IMG/VR virus record: IMGVR_UViG_3300021335_000004
Strand: one strand, 5' to 3'
Source of the DNA: a virus
DNA: 64,000 bases
Under the pieces are notes generated by a model, which was given only the letters and a program-made list of their open reading frames with translations, was not told where the DNA came from and did not search any database. Each line of letters opens with the position of its first letter. The stretch's first letter is position 1. Positions 1 to 9,322 of this stretch are shown here, one piece after another. A program made the position numbers and the translations under genes.

Positions 1-2
1 TC

Positions 3-2168
3 AGCGATGAAGTTGACTATGTATTTCTTTGTTCTCAAGAAAAAGAAAAAATCCTAAAAAAAGACATAGATTGTGATATTGAAAAATTAAAACAAGACTA
101 TGAGATAGTAGTACCTATTGGCGCAGAAGCTCTAAAATATGTCTGTGGCCTTACAGGTATTACAAAATACAATGGGGTGTTTATTGAAAAAAAATTCTTA
201 CCACTGATTAACCCTTCTATGATTGTATTTAAGCCACAATATGAAGAAGACATTATTAAAGCTTTTAATATGCTAAATAAAATTTTACTTGGCGAAGTAG
301 ACAATACTTCTCATAAAAAAGACTATAGATTTATTGATACTCGTTCAGAATTTGAAGAATATCTTAAAGCATTACAACAAGCAGATCCTATCGTTGTAGA
401 TATTGAAACTTCTGGTCTCAATCCAAGAAGTTCTAATATTCTTGGTATTGCTCTAAGTACTAAACCACACGAAGGCATATACGCCTCTGCAGAAGTATGT
501 CATGCCTATAAAGAACAACTACATGATTTGTTTAAAACTAGAAGATGTATTTTTCATAATGGCAAGTTTGATATGGGATTTTTAATTTATGAATTTGGGT
601 TTGAATTTCCTAAATTTGATGACACAATGCTCATGCACTATTGTCTAGAAGAAGCTGTAGGTACTCACGGCCTCAAACCTTTAGCATTAAGATTTACAGA
701 TCTTGGGGATTACGAAAAAGAATTAGACGACTATAAAAAAGTATTTTGTCGCAAAAATAAAATCAAATTAGATCAATTTAATTATGGTATGATTCCTATT
801 GATATTCTAGCCCCTTATGCGGAAAAAGATGCAGACGCTACTTTTCAGTTATATAACAAATTTTGGCCTTTAATCGACCGTAGTGAAGGTTTTTCAAGTT
901 TATATAGAGATATTATGTTACCCGCGACATCTGCTCTTATGCGTCTTGAAAAAAACGGAGGTTATATTGACACTTCTATGTTAGAAAAAGTAAAAGAAGG
1001 ATATGAAATTGATATTGAAGAGTGTATCGAAGAAATATCAATGCATGAAGCAGTACAAAGATATGAAAAATTAAATGAAAAGACTTTTAACCCAAATAGC
1101 ACTATGCAGTTAAGAGAAGTATTTTTCAAAATACTTAGACTAAAATCTACTAAAAAGACATCGACAGGGGCAGAATCTACAGATAAAGAAGTACTACAAG
1201 AATTAAACCACCCACTAGCAGAAGCAATTCTTGACTTACGTGAAAAAACTAAATTGACAAATACTTATTTATCTAATATTCAAAACGGCACTGATCAAGA
1301 TAGTCGTCTGCGTTCTGGGTTTAATATTCACGGAACTACATCTGGGCGCTTATCGTCAAGCGGCAATCTTAATTATCAAAATATTCCTCGTGATAATAAA
1401 GATATTAAAAAAATGTTTAAAGCTAGACCAGGTTTTAGAATAATGCAATGTGATTTACAAACAGCTGAAGTTTATTATGCAGCAGCATTGAGTGGTGATA
1501 AGTTTTTACAAAAAGCTTTTATTGAAAAGTTAGATTTCCATTCTTATATCGCTAAACAAATATTTAATCTTCCTTGTGAAGTTGCGCAAGTAAAAAACAC
1601 TTTTGCGGATAAACGTCAACACGCTAAAGCTATTACTTTTGGTATTATGTATCAAGCAGGCCCTGCTAAAGTTGCTGAAACAGCTGGGGTTGGGTTTCAA
1701 GAAGCAAAATCTTTCATTAACAAATATTTTAATGAAGCTTATAACCTTAAACGCTGGATTGATTCTGCAAACAGACAAATTGAGAATAATGCTTATATCT
1801 ATTCTTACTTTGGTCGTAAACGTAGATTACCCGAATCTCGTTCTCCAAACCAAGGTGTTGCTAAACATGCAGTACGTTCTGGGGTAAACTTTCTAGTTCA
1901 GTCTGTCGCATCAGATATTAATGTATTAGGATTAATTGATGCTATGAAATGGATTGATAACAATAACTATCAAGACGATATTCTTCCGTTTACAGTAGTT
2001 CACGATTCAATTGTTGCCGAGGTTAGAGAAGATCTTTGCCATGATTGGGCTGTAAATTGTGTTAAAGCTTTACAAACTCCTAGAGGAGTAGAAATTGATG
2101 GGTGTCCTATTGGAGTAGATTTTGAAATCGGGGACAGTTGGGGAGAATTAGAAGGATTCACAGTATGA
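3..2168 (+). CDS. pol: T5-like family A DNA polymerase (5'-truncated by the window edge)
   Basis: The frame is open from position 3, upstream of the listed 177 start. Exo motifs DIETSG, HNGKFD, YAEKD; polymerase motifs TTSGRLSS, DLQTAE, RQHAKAITFGIMY, VHDS. Closely resembles T5 polymerase. Confidence 0.96.
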   Translation, partial: SDEVDYVFLCSQEKEKILKKDIDCDIEKLKQDYEIVVPIGAEALKYVCGLTGITKYNGVFIEKKFLPLINPSMIVFKPQYEEDIIKAFNMLNKILLGEVDNTSHKKDYRFIDTRSEFEEYLKALQQADPIVVDIETSGLNPRSSNILGIALSTKPHEGIYASAEVCHAYKEQLHDLFKTRRCIFHNGKFDMGFLIYEFGFEFPKFDDTMLMHYCLEEAVGTHGLKPLALRFTDLGDYEKELDDYKKVFCRKNKIKLDQFNYGMIPIDILAPYAEKDADATFQLYNKFWPLIDRSEGFSSLYRDIMLPATSALMRLEKNGGYIDTSMLEKVKEGYEIDIEECIEEISMHEAVQRYEKLNEKTFNPNSTMQLREVFFKILRLKSTKKTSTGAESTDKEVLQELNHPLAEAILDLREKTKLTNTYLSNIQNGTDQDSRLRSGFNIHGTTSGRLSSSGNLNYQNIPRDNKDIKKMFKARPGFRIMQCDLQTAEVYYAAALSGDKFLQKAFIEKLDFHSYIAKQIFNLPCEVAQVKNTFADKRQHAKAITFGIMYQAGPAKVAETAGVGFQEAKSFINKYFNEAYNLKRWIDSANRQIENNAYIYSYFGRKRRLPESRSPNQGVAKHAVRSGVNFLVQSVASDINVLGLIDAMKWIDNNNYQDDILPFTVVHDSIVAEVREDLCHDWAVNCVKALQTPRGVEIDGCPIGVDFEIGDSWGELEGFTV

Positions 2169-2686
2169 TTAGTAAAATGATAGATACAATAAAATATCCA
2201 GCGTTTGCTTTAAAAGACGTACCTTATAAAGTATACTATAATGATACTAGTATAGTAATTACAAAACAACCCGGTGGTAAAGAGTATATGTTTGATATTA
2301 TGGTTGATAATGTAAATTCTTATGTCGAAAGACTATTTTATATGGAAGAAGAAGTTGAAAACAGAATACAATTTGACTATACTATTCTAAATAGGGAACA
2401 ATTAGTGTTTAGCTATGAAAATATAGAATGGTGTGTAGATTCAGATGGGAAAATTTTTAATCTTGGACACAAACAAAACCTACCAGTAGAGTGTAGAAAA
2501 GTTAAAACAGTAAAAGAAGATAAAATATGGTTAGAGAAAGTTCTACACTCATTTGAATTAAAAGTTCCTTTAGAAGAAAGTAATATTGATGAACTATGGG
2601 CTACTATAGTAATGATTAATAATGAATGGTTTATAAAAAACTTTTCATATGAATATAAAAAGTATAGTAATTATTTAATTATATGA
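2165..2686 (+). CDS. hypothetical protein (conserved slot after pol in T5-like phages)
   Basis: ATG at 2165 overlaps the pol stop (ATGA). No recognisable motif. Confidence 0.7.
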   Translation: MISKMIDTIKYPAFALKDVPYKVYYNDTSIVITKQPGGKEYMFDIMVDNVNSYVERLFYMEEEVENRIQFDYTILNREQLVFSYENIEWCVDSDGKIFNLGHKQNLPVECRKVKTVKEDKIWLEKVLHSFELKVPLEESNIDELWATIVMINNEWFIKNFSYEYKKYSNYLII

Positions 2687-3981
2687 TAGATAAAATAAAA
2701 ATAAAATATGCGGAACTGTCAGATAAAATATATATTAACGGTACTCATATCAAAGACATAGAAAAGTTTGAAAGAGCATATAGTTACATACTAGATGATG
2801 TAACTTTTTATACCTATGAATATGATGAAGAAGAGGATATATATTCTGTTCCCTCAAACTCTTATTATAAATTAGATATTGAAGATTATATTGATAATAG
2901 AAACTTTTTTCTTAACGAGAAAGATAAGCATTTTACTTTTGCAGGAGATCTTCGTCAGGAGCAACAAGACGTAGTTGATTCATTCTTTAAAATAGGCAGA
3001 GTACGTAGTGGGCTATTTCAAGCACCTTGTGGGTGGGGAAAAACCTATGCTGCTTGTTCATTAATATCGCAAGCAGATATGCCTACATTAATTATTGTTC
3101 ATACTAAGTTGCTTTTTAAACAATGGCAACAAGAGTTAGAAAAATTAATTCCAAATTCTGTTATAGGATCTATAGGAGATGGGGAATTTAAAGTAACTAA
3201 TCTTACAGTCGGTATATATAAAAGTGTTCATAATAATATGGAACAAATTAAAAATAAGTTTAGTTTAATATTTGTAGACGAAGCGCACCTGTGTCCTGCT
3301 GATTTATTTTCTACTACAGTTAACAATATCAATTGTAAAATTAAGATAGCTGTTACTGCTACACCCCGTAGAAAAGATGGTAAGCATATAGTATTAAATG
3401 ATTTTTTTACTCCGTTTCGTGTTGTAGCTAGAGATGAAAAAGAACATGAAACACCTAGAATACAGGTTATCAGTACAGACGTTTCTTTTAATGTTATTGA
3501 ACCTAAAAGAGACTGGTCTAGACAAATGAATAAAGTAACCCAGAGTAAAGTGCTTCTTTCTCTTATAGCTAAAGAAGCAACTCAAGACATAGCTAATGGT
3601 AGATGTTTATTAATCTTATCAGAACGAGTAGATATGCTAAAAACTCTTCAAAAAATGATAAATAAAAGTGTACTACTTATTGGAGAAACAGGAGAAGAAG
3701 ATAGAAAAGATATATTAAAAACAGCAGGTTCTAAATATAAAGCTATTCTATCTACAAAAATATTCGATGAAGGCATCTCTTGTCATAGATTAGATACTTT
3801 GTACTTAACTTGCCCTAATAATAATCCAATAAAATTAGAACAAAGAATAGGTAGAATTATTAGAGAACATCCAGATAAAAAAGTTCCTCTAATAAAAGAT
3901 TTCTGGTTTAAAGGAGCCATTGTTAATAATCAACAAAGAAAGCGGCTAGCATGGTATCAAAGTAGGAACTATATATTATGA
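2683..3981 (+). CDS. D10: superfamily 2 DNA helicase (T5 D10-like)
   Basis: Walker A APCGWGKT, DEAH box, TATP, EQRIGRIIR; T5 synteny. Confidence 0.92.
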   Translation: MIDKIKIKYAELSDKIYINGTHIKDIEKFERAYSYILDDVTFYTYEYDEEEDIYSVPSNSYYKLDIEDYIDNRNFFLNEKDKHFTFAGDLRQEQQDVVDSFFKIGRVRSGLFQAPCGWGKTYAACSLISQADMPTLIIVHTKLLFKQWQQELEKLIPNSVIGSIGDGEFKVTNLTVGIYKSVHNNMEQIKNKFSLIFVDEAHLCPADLFSTTVNNINCKIKIAVTATPRRKDGKHIVLNDFFTPFRVVARDEKEHETPRIQVISTDVSFNVIEPKRDWSRQMNKVTQSKVLLSLIAKEATQDIANGRCLLILSERVDMLKTLQKMINKSVLLIGETGEEDRKDILKTAGSKYKAILSTKIFDEGISCHRLDTLYLTCPNNNPIKLEQRIGRIIREHPDKKVPLIKDFWFKGAIVNNQQRKRLAWYQSRNYIL

Positions 3982-4424
3982 AGTATAAGTATAGCTGGTT
4001 TGACTTGAGAGTTAAATCCAACTACGAACCAGAAGCTATATTAATCTTGACATATGCCCTAACAAAAAGCTATAATTCTATTATAGCCTGGAATTCAAAA
4101 CACCTAATGAATTCTTTAAAAATTAATAGCATACCTAGTATACTATTTAAAAAAAATTTATTAATCAATTCTAAAAAAGGCATCATAGGAAATTATACAA
4201 TTAAATTTCCCGATGCTTACTTTAAGAATAAGAAATTTTTATTCTTAAATATTCCCTTAGAATATAAGATTAATTACATATATTTATTAGGCCATAGAAA
4301 AATGTCTAATAATAATGATTATCTAAATTTAAATACTTTTAGAAACGAAATTGTAGCAAATTTAGATAATCCACTGTTAAAACACGGAAAAAACAACCTA
4401 AAATTCATATACGAAGGAGAATGA
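3978..4424 (+). CDS. hypothetical protein
   Basis: 148-aa ORF coupled to the helicase stop (ATGA). Confidence 0.65.
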   Translation: MKYKYSWFDLRVKSNYEPEAILILTYALTKSYNSIIAWNSKHLMNSLKINSIPSILFKKNLLINSKKGIIGNYTIKFPDAYFKNKKFLFLNIPLEYKINYIYLLGHRKMSNNNDYLNLNTFRNEIVANLDNPLLKHGKNNLKFIYEGE

Positions 4425-4427
4425 TAA

Positions 4428-5081
4428 ATGGTATCATGGGACAAAACACAAGGAATCAAATCACAAGGCTCTGGGGAGAGAAAAGAAATTCAAAGAATTA
4501 CTCTTCAAAACGGAGATAATAAAATTAGACTAGTTGGTGAAGTAATGCCTCGCTATGTTTATTGGCTTACTACTAAAGACGGAAAACGTATGCCTGTTGA
4601 ATGTTTAAAATTTGATAGAAACAACGAACAATTTTCAGGGACAGAAGATCCTTTTGACGAAATATCTCAAGATATTTATGCTGATAAACCGCAATTTGCT
4701 TATGTATGTAACGTAATTGATCGTAACGACAATCAAGTAAAACTTTTTGATTTAAAAGCAACTATTTATCGTCAGATTGTTGATTTTGCAAAAGATTCAG
4801 AATATGGAAACCCTGCTGACGACACTAGCGGTTACGACATCACTATTGTGAAGGAGAAAACCGGACCTCTTCCTCAAAACGTAAAATATACTGTTAGACC
4901 AGCTCGCGCCTCTACAGCATTAACTGATTCTGAGAAAGAAGCAGAACTTTTTGAATTAGATAGAATTTATAAAAGACCAGACTATACAGAACAAAAACGT
5001 TGGCTACTAGAAAATACTACTCTATTTGCGGGTGATGATGATAATTCTTTCTCACCAGAAAGCGTTGAGGATCTAGACTAA
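4428..5081 (+). CDS. D11: T5 D11-like single-stranded DNA-binding protein
   Basis: GDNKIRLVG...PRYVYW, GYDITIVKEKTGPLPQNVKY, acidic C-terminal tail; AGGAG RBS; synteny between helicase and D12. Confidence 0.82.
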   Translation: MVSWDKTQGIKSQGSGERKEIQRITLQNGDNKIRLVGEVMPRYVYWLTTKDGKRMPVECLKFDRNNEQFSGTEDPFDEISQDIYADKPQFAYVCNVIDRNDNQVKLFDLKATIYRQIVDFAKDSEYGNPADDTSGYDITIVKEKTGPLPQNVKYTVRPARASTALTDSEKEAELFELDRIYKRPDYTEQKRWLLENTTLFAGDDDNSFSPESVEDLD

Positions 5082-5932
5082 TGGCAAAAAAATATAAGCT
5101 CTCTGATATTTTAGAAGAGAATACAAAATCAAATAGTAAACAAACTCCAAAGAAAAATGACGGAGATTCGATGTCTTTACCTGCCGCAATTAAACACGTA
5201 GAAGGGAATCAAGTAACTATAGATACATCTCTGCTTAGGCAGCATAATATATTTTTCGCTACTCCTTGTTACGGAGGGCTTATAACTGACCAATTTTTCT
5301 TAAGCATGTTTAAAACGACACAAACATTAATACAACACGGTATTAATTTTAGACTTACTACTTTAAGAAATGAGAGTTTAATTTCTAGAGCAAGAAACAT
5401 TCTTACAGCTATGTTTTTAGAGAGTAATTGTACTCATTTAATGTTTATTGATGCTGATATTGAATGGGAACAAGATGCTATCATTAGAATGTTAGCGATG
5501 GATAAAGATCTTATTGCAGGAGCATATCCTAAAAAAACTTTACCAATTGATTATGCTATTAATCTAAAATTTGTTGATGAAGCACGTAAACAAGTAAGAG
5601 TAGAAAACGGCGCAGTTGAAGTACTAGATGCATCAACAGGGTTTTTCTTGGTTAAAAGAACAGTTATTGAACAGATGATTGAATCTTACCCAGAATTATT
5701 CTATGTAAATGATAGTTCAATTGATCCTAAATATAATAAATATTGTTACTCTTTCTTTGATACTATTCACGATCCTGATGATAATAGATATTTATCTGAA
5801 GACTACACTTTCTGTCGTCGTTGGCAAAAAATTGGAGGAGAAATCTGGTTAGACCCTAATACCAAACTTAATCATGTTGGTAGTTACACTTTTCAAGGTG
5901 ATGTTAATAAGGTTTTTAATTGGGATAGATAA
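5081..5932 (+). CDS. GT-A fold glycosyltransferase (GT2-like)
   Basis: ATPCYGG, SLISRARN, THLMFIDAD (DxD), TGFFLVKR, LSEDYTFC, LNHVG. Confidence 0.85.
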   Translation: MAKKYKLSDILEENTKSNSKQTPKKNDGDSMSLPAAIKHVEGNQVTIDTSLLRQHNIFFATPCYGGLITDQFFLSMFKTTQTLIQHGINFRLTTLRNESLISRARNILTAMFLESNCTHLMFIDADIEWEQDAIIRMLAMDKDLIAGAYPKKTLPIDYAINLKFVDEARKQVRVENGAVEVLDASTGFFLVKRTVIEQMIESYPELFYVNDSSIDPKYNKYCYSFFDTIHDPDDNRYLSEDYTFCRRWQKIGGEIWLDPNTKLNHVGSYTFQGDVNKVFNWDR

Positions 5933-6897
5933 TGACAAAAATATTACACTCAGCTGATTGGCATATTAATCTTCATAAGAAAAAAGTACCTATTGAGTGG
6001 CAAGAAAAACGCTTCAGGCTCATGTTTGAGAAACTGCATGAGCTTGAAGATTCTTGTGATATTCATATAATAGCAGGAGATGTTTTTGATAGAAAACCTG
6101 AACCTGATGAAATATGTTTATTTCTTTCTTATATAAATTGTGTTTCTATACCTACTTATATAATTCCAGGTAATCATGAAGCAACTAAAAAAGGCGAAAC
6201 TTTTCTAGAACATTTTTTAGAAGACGCTGTTATAACCAATACTAATGTAAGATTGTTTACAAAAAATAAAAGAATCAAAGAACCTGCCCAACCAGGAATT
6301 CAGTTTTGGCCATACGGAGAGTTACAACTTGATAACTTACCAGAATATGTAGAAGGTGATATATTAGTTGGTCATATTAGAGGAGAAGTTCCTCCTCATA
6401 TCACTGCTGAATATGATTTTGAAAAACTTAGAAAATGGGGATTAATACTTCTCGGAGACATCCATTTTCATCACAGATATCAAGATTATGGGGCTTGGTA
6501 TAGTGGAAGTCCTATAAATACTCATTTTGATAGAGACGAGTCTAAAGAATACGGAGTCAATGTTATAGATTTTATTGATAGTGCTAATTATGCAGTAAAG
6601 TTTGTAGATTTAAATCTTCCAAAATTAATTAGAAAAACTATTAAAATAGAAGAAGAAATGATTCCTAATGATTTTCATCATGTTATTTATGAAGTTGTTG
6701 GCTCTATTGATGAATTGTCTAAGATTAAAAACTCTGAATTATTAGACAAGAAAGTTTCGTATGAACCCACAGAAGAATCTAAATTAGATTTGAAAAACTT
6801 AAATACTTATGAAGAATTAAAACTTTATTTAAAGTATATGAAAGTTTCGGATATTGAAGGAACTTTAAAAGAATACATTGATTTGAAAGCACAATAA
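5932..6897 (+). CDS. D12: SbcD/Mre11-like metallophosphoesterase nuclease (T5 D12)
   Basis: HSADWH, AGDVFD, PGNHE, GHI, LGDIH, YSGSP motifs. Confidence 0.93.
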   Translation: MTKILHSADWHINLHKKKVPIEWQEKRFRLMFEKLHELEDSCDIHIIAGDVFDRKPEPDEICLFLSYINCVSIPTYIIPGNHEATKKGETFLEHFLEDAVITNTNVRLFTKNKRIKEPAQPGIQFWPYGELQLDNLPEYVEGDILVGHIRGEVPPHITAEYDFEKLRKWGLILLGDIHFHHRYQDYGAWYSGSPINTHFDRDESKEYGVNVIDFIDSANYAVKFVDLNLPKLIRKTIKIEEEMIPNDFHHVIYEVVGSIDELSKIKNSELLDKKVSYEPTEESKLDLKNLNTYEELKLYLKYMKVSDIEGTLKEYIDLKAQ

Positions 6898-7476
6898 ATG
6901 ATTAACTTACAACCTTTATTATCTAATAATACACATTCAGATCCGTATTCCTTCTTTTTAGGTGCAAAAATACCTAAATGGGATATCTATAAAAACGATG
7001 TTGTCAATTTTTCTGTCAAAACTTTTAAAAAAGATTATAATCCTACAAAAGGTTATAATGTTTTATTAGATCCTAACGAGTTAAATATTATCAATACTAT
7101 ATATGATGATTTTTTAAAAATATGTTTTCATAATTTTGATAATATAAATGTAGTACCCCATAACAGAAAAATTATGTGGGCATACGTACAAAATAAAGAA
7201 AGATATAATTCAGTTTGGCACAATCATAAAAATACTACGACTATTAATGCAGTATGGTATCCAAGTGTTCCAGACGAGTCTGGGACTCTCTCTATAAGAG
7301 ACGGAGAAGGAATAGGTGATATCGCTGTTAAAGAAGGTTGGATATATTTTTGGCCTTATTGGATGGATCACAAACCAAATCCTCAAAAACACTCTATGGA
7401 TTGGAGAGTCAGTATAAATATTGAATTATTATCTGATACTCGCCCATCTTTTAAACCCACTAACACGCTATGGTAA
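6898..7476 (+). CDS. putative 2OG-Fe(II) oxygenase (HxH...H...R, TIGR02466-like)
   Basis: MWAYVQ...WHNHKN...INAVWY...FWPYWMDHKP...RVSINIE double-stranded beta-helix pattern. Confidence 0.7.
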   Translation: MINLQPLLSNNTHSDPYSFFLGAKIPKWDIYKNDVVNFSVKTFKKDYNPTKGYNVLLDPNELNIINTIYDDFLKICFHNFDNINVVPHNRKIMWAYVQNKERYNSVWHNHKNTTTINAVWYPSVPDESGTLSIRDGEGIGDIAVKEGWIYFWPYWMDHKPNPQKHSMDWRVSINIELLSDTRPSFKPTNTLW

Positions 7477-7481
7477 TTTAA

Positions 7482-9311
7482 ATGTCTATTATTTTAAAAG
7501 AATTAAAGTTCTCTAATATGTTTAGTTATGGAGAGAATAATAAAATAAGTTTTAATAAGAACAGAATAACTCAATTAACCGCCCCTAACGGAAGTGGAAA
7601 ATCAAGCATTGCTTTAATTTTACAAGAAGTATTATATAATAAAAATATTAAAGGCATCAAAAAAGGAGATATTTTAAATAGACACAGTACTTCAAAAAAT
7701 TGGGGCGCGTCCTTATCTTTCTCAAGCCTTAATAAAGAATATGTTGTGGAAATAAAAAGAACAGGTGCAACTACTAAAGTAAAATTTCTTGAGAACGAGA
7801 CAGACTTAAGTGAACACAAAGTGTTAGATACTTATAAAAAAATTAATGAAATTATTGGGTTAGACTTTGAAGTATTTTCACAACTTACTTATCAATCTTC
7901 TACTGATTTGTTAGAGTTTCTTAAAGCAACAGACACAAATAGAAAAAAATTCTTAATAAACCTATTTAATCTAGAAAAATATATTACTATTGGAGAAGCT
8001 ATAAAAGTAAAATTAAATAGTTCTGATAGAGAACAACTAAAACTCGAAGGCGAACTAAAAGGTGTTGTTAATTTTTTAGAGAGTACTACTATTGAAGAAG
8101 AAAAAGAAACAATTAAGGTTCCTAATATAGACGATACTTTAAGAAACTCGGTTGCCAGATTAGAAAATGAATTAGCAGATTATAATGATTTATGTAAAAA
8201 AATTGATAAAAATAATATGCTAATAGATGAAAGAAATTCTTTGTCTTTTGATGTCGCAATGACAGAGCCAGAATACAAAATATATGATAATTTACAATCT
8301 GAAATTACAAAAATACAAACAGAAATACAATCTATAGATAAAGATATAGCTAAAGGAAATAAAAGTTTATCTGATTTAGATACAGCAGATACTTGTTACG
8401 CCTGTGGTCAAGCGCTTGATAATACTCATGCTGTTCAAATGAAAGAAAAACTTTGGAATGATATAAATGATTTTACTCAACACAGGAATGTAGCCAGAGA
8501 AAAATTATTTGAATTAAAAATTCAAAAAAACGAGATTCAATCAGAAATTGATGTGTTTTTAATTAATCAAAAAGCAGCTGAGAGATTTGAAAATCTTTCT
8601 CAGTTAATCGATTTTTCTTTACAAACTGATTATCCAGATTATTCTGATATTCAAAACAGATTAACAATTACAAAAGAAGAATTAAATAAACAAGAAAAAA
8701 TTTATAAAGAAGCAACTGAGCATAACGAACAAGTAAAAATACATAATACTAAGGTTGAAGCTCTAAAAGAGCAAAAAATACAATTTACAAATAGACAAAA
8801 GCTATTAGATAATGATATTATTATTTTACAAAATAAAAATAAACATTTAAATATTCTTAAAAAAGCTTTCAGCACTACAGGTATTGTTGCTTTTAAATTA
8901 GAGAATTTAACAAAAGAACTTGAAGAACAAATAAACCAGTATTTATCAGAACTATCTGATGGACAGTTTCAAGTTATTTTTAGATTAGCAGGTGAAAAAT
9001 TAAATATTGTTGTAATAAACAATGGTATTGAAACACCAATAGAAACTGTTTCAGGAGGAGAGTTCAGTCGAATTCAAACTTCCATACTATTAGCAATTAG
9101 AAAGGTTATGTCCAAGATCGGGGGTAATCACGTAAATCTATTATTCTTGGACGAAATAACAGGAGTACTAGACGATGAAGGTAAAGAAAAGTTAATAGAA
9201 GTACTAAGAGAAGAAGATGGTTTAAATGTTTTCTTAATATCTCACGATTTCACACACCCTTTAATTGATAAAATTCAAATTAAAAAAGAAAATAATGTAA
9301 GTACTATATAG
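7482..9311 (+). CDS. D13: SbcC/Rad50-like SMC ATPase (T5 D13)
   Basis: Walker A PNGSGKS, zinc hook CYAC, long coiled coil, signature SGGE, Walker B LFLDE, ISH. Confidence 0.94.
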   Translation: MSIILKELKFSNMFSYGENNKISFNKNRITQLTAPNGSGKSSIALILQEVLYNKNIKGIKKGDILNRHSTSKNWGASLSFSSLNKEYVVEIKRTGATTKVKFLENETDLSEHKVLDTYKKINEIIGLDFEVFSQLTYQSSTDLLEFLKATDTNRKKFLINLFNLEKYITIGEAIKVKLNSSDREQLKLEGELKGVVNFLESTTIEEEKETIKVPNIDDTLRNSVARLENELADYNDLCKKIDKNNMLIDERNSLSFDVAMTEPEYKIYDNLQSEITKIQTEIQSIDKDIAKGNKSLSDLDTADTCYACGQALDNTHAVQMKEKLWNDINDFTQHRNVAREKLFELKIQKNEIQSEIDVFLINQKAAERFENLSQLIDFSLQTDYPDYSDIQNRLTITKEELNKQEKIYKEATEHNEQVKIHNTKVEALKEQKIQFTNRQKLLDNDIIILQNKNKHLNILKKAFSTTGIVAFKLENLTKELEEQINQYLSELSDGQFQVIFRLAGEKLNIVVINNGIETPIETVSGGEFSRIQTSILLAIRKVMSKIGGNHVNLLFLDEITGVLDDEGKEKLIEVLREEDGLNVFLISHDFTHPLIDKIQIKKENNVSTI

Positions 9312-9322
9312 GATTATATAAA

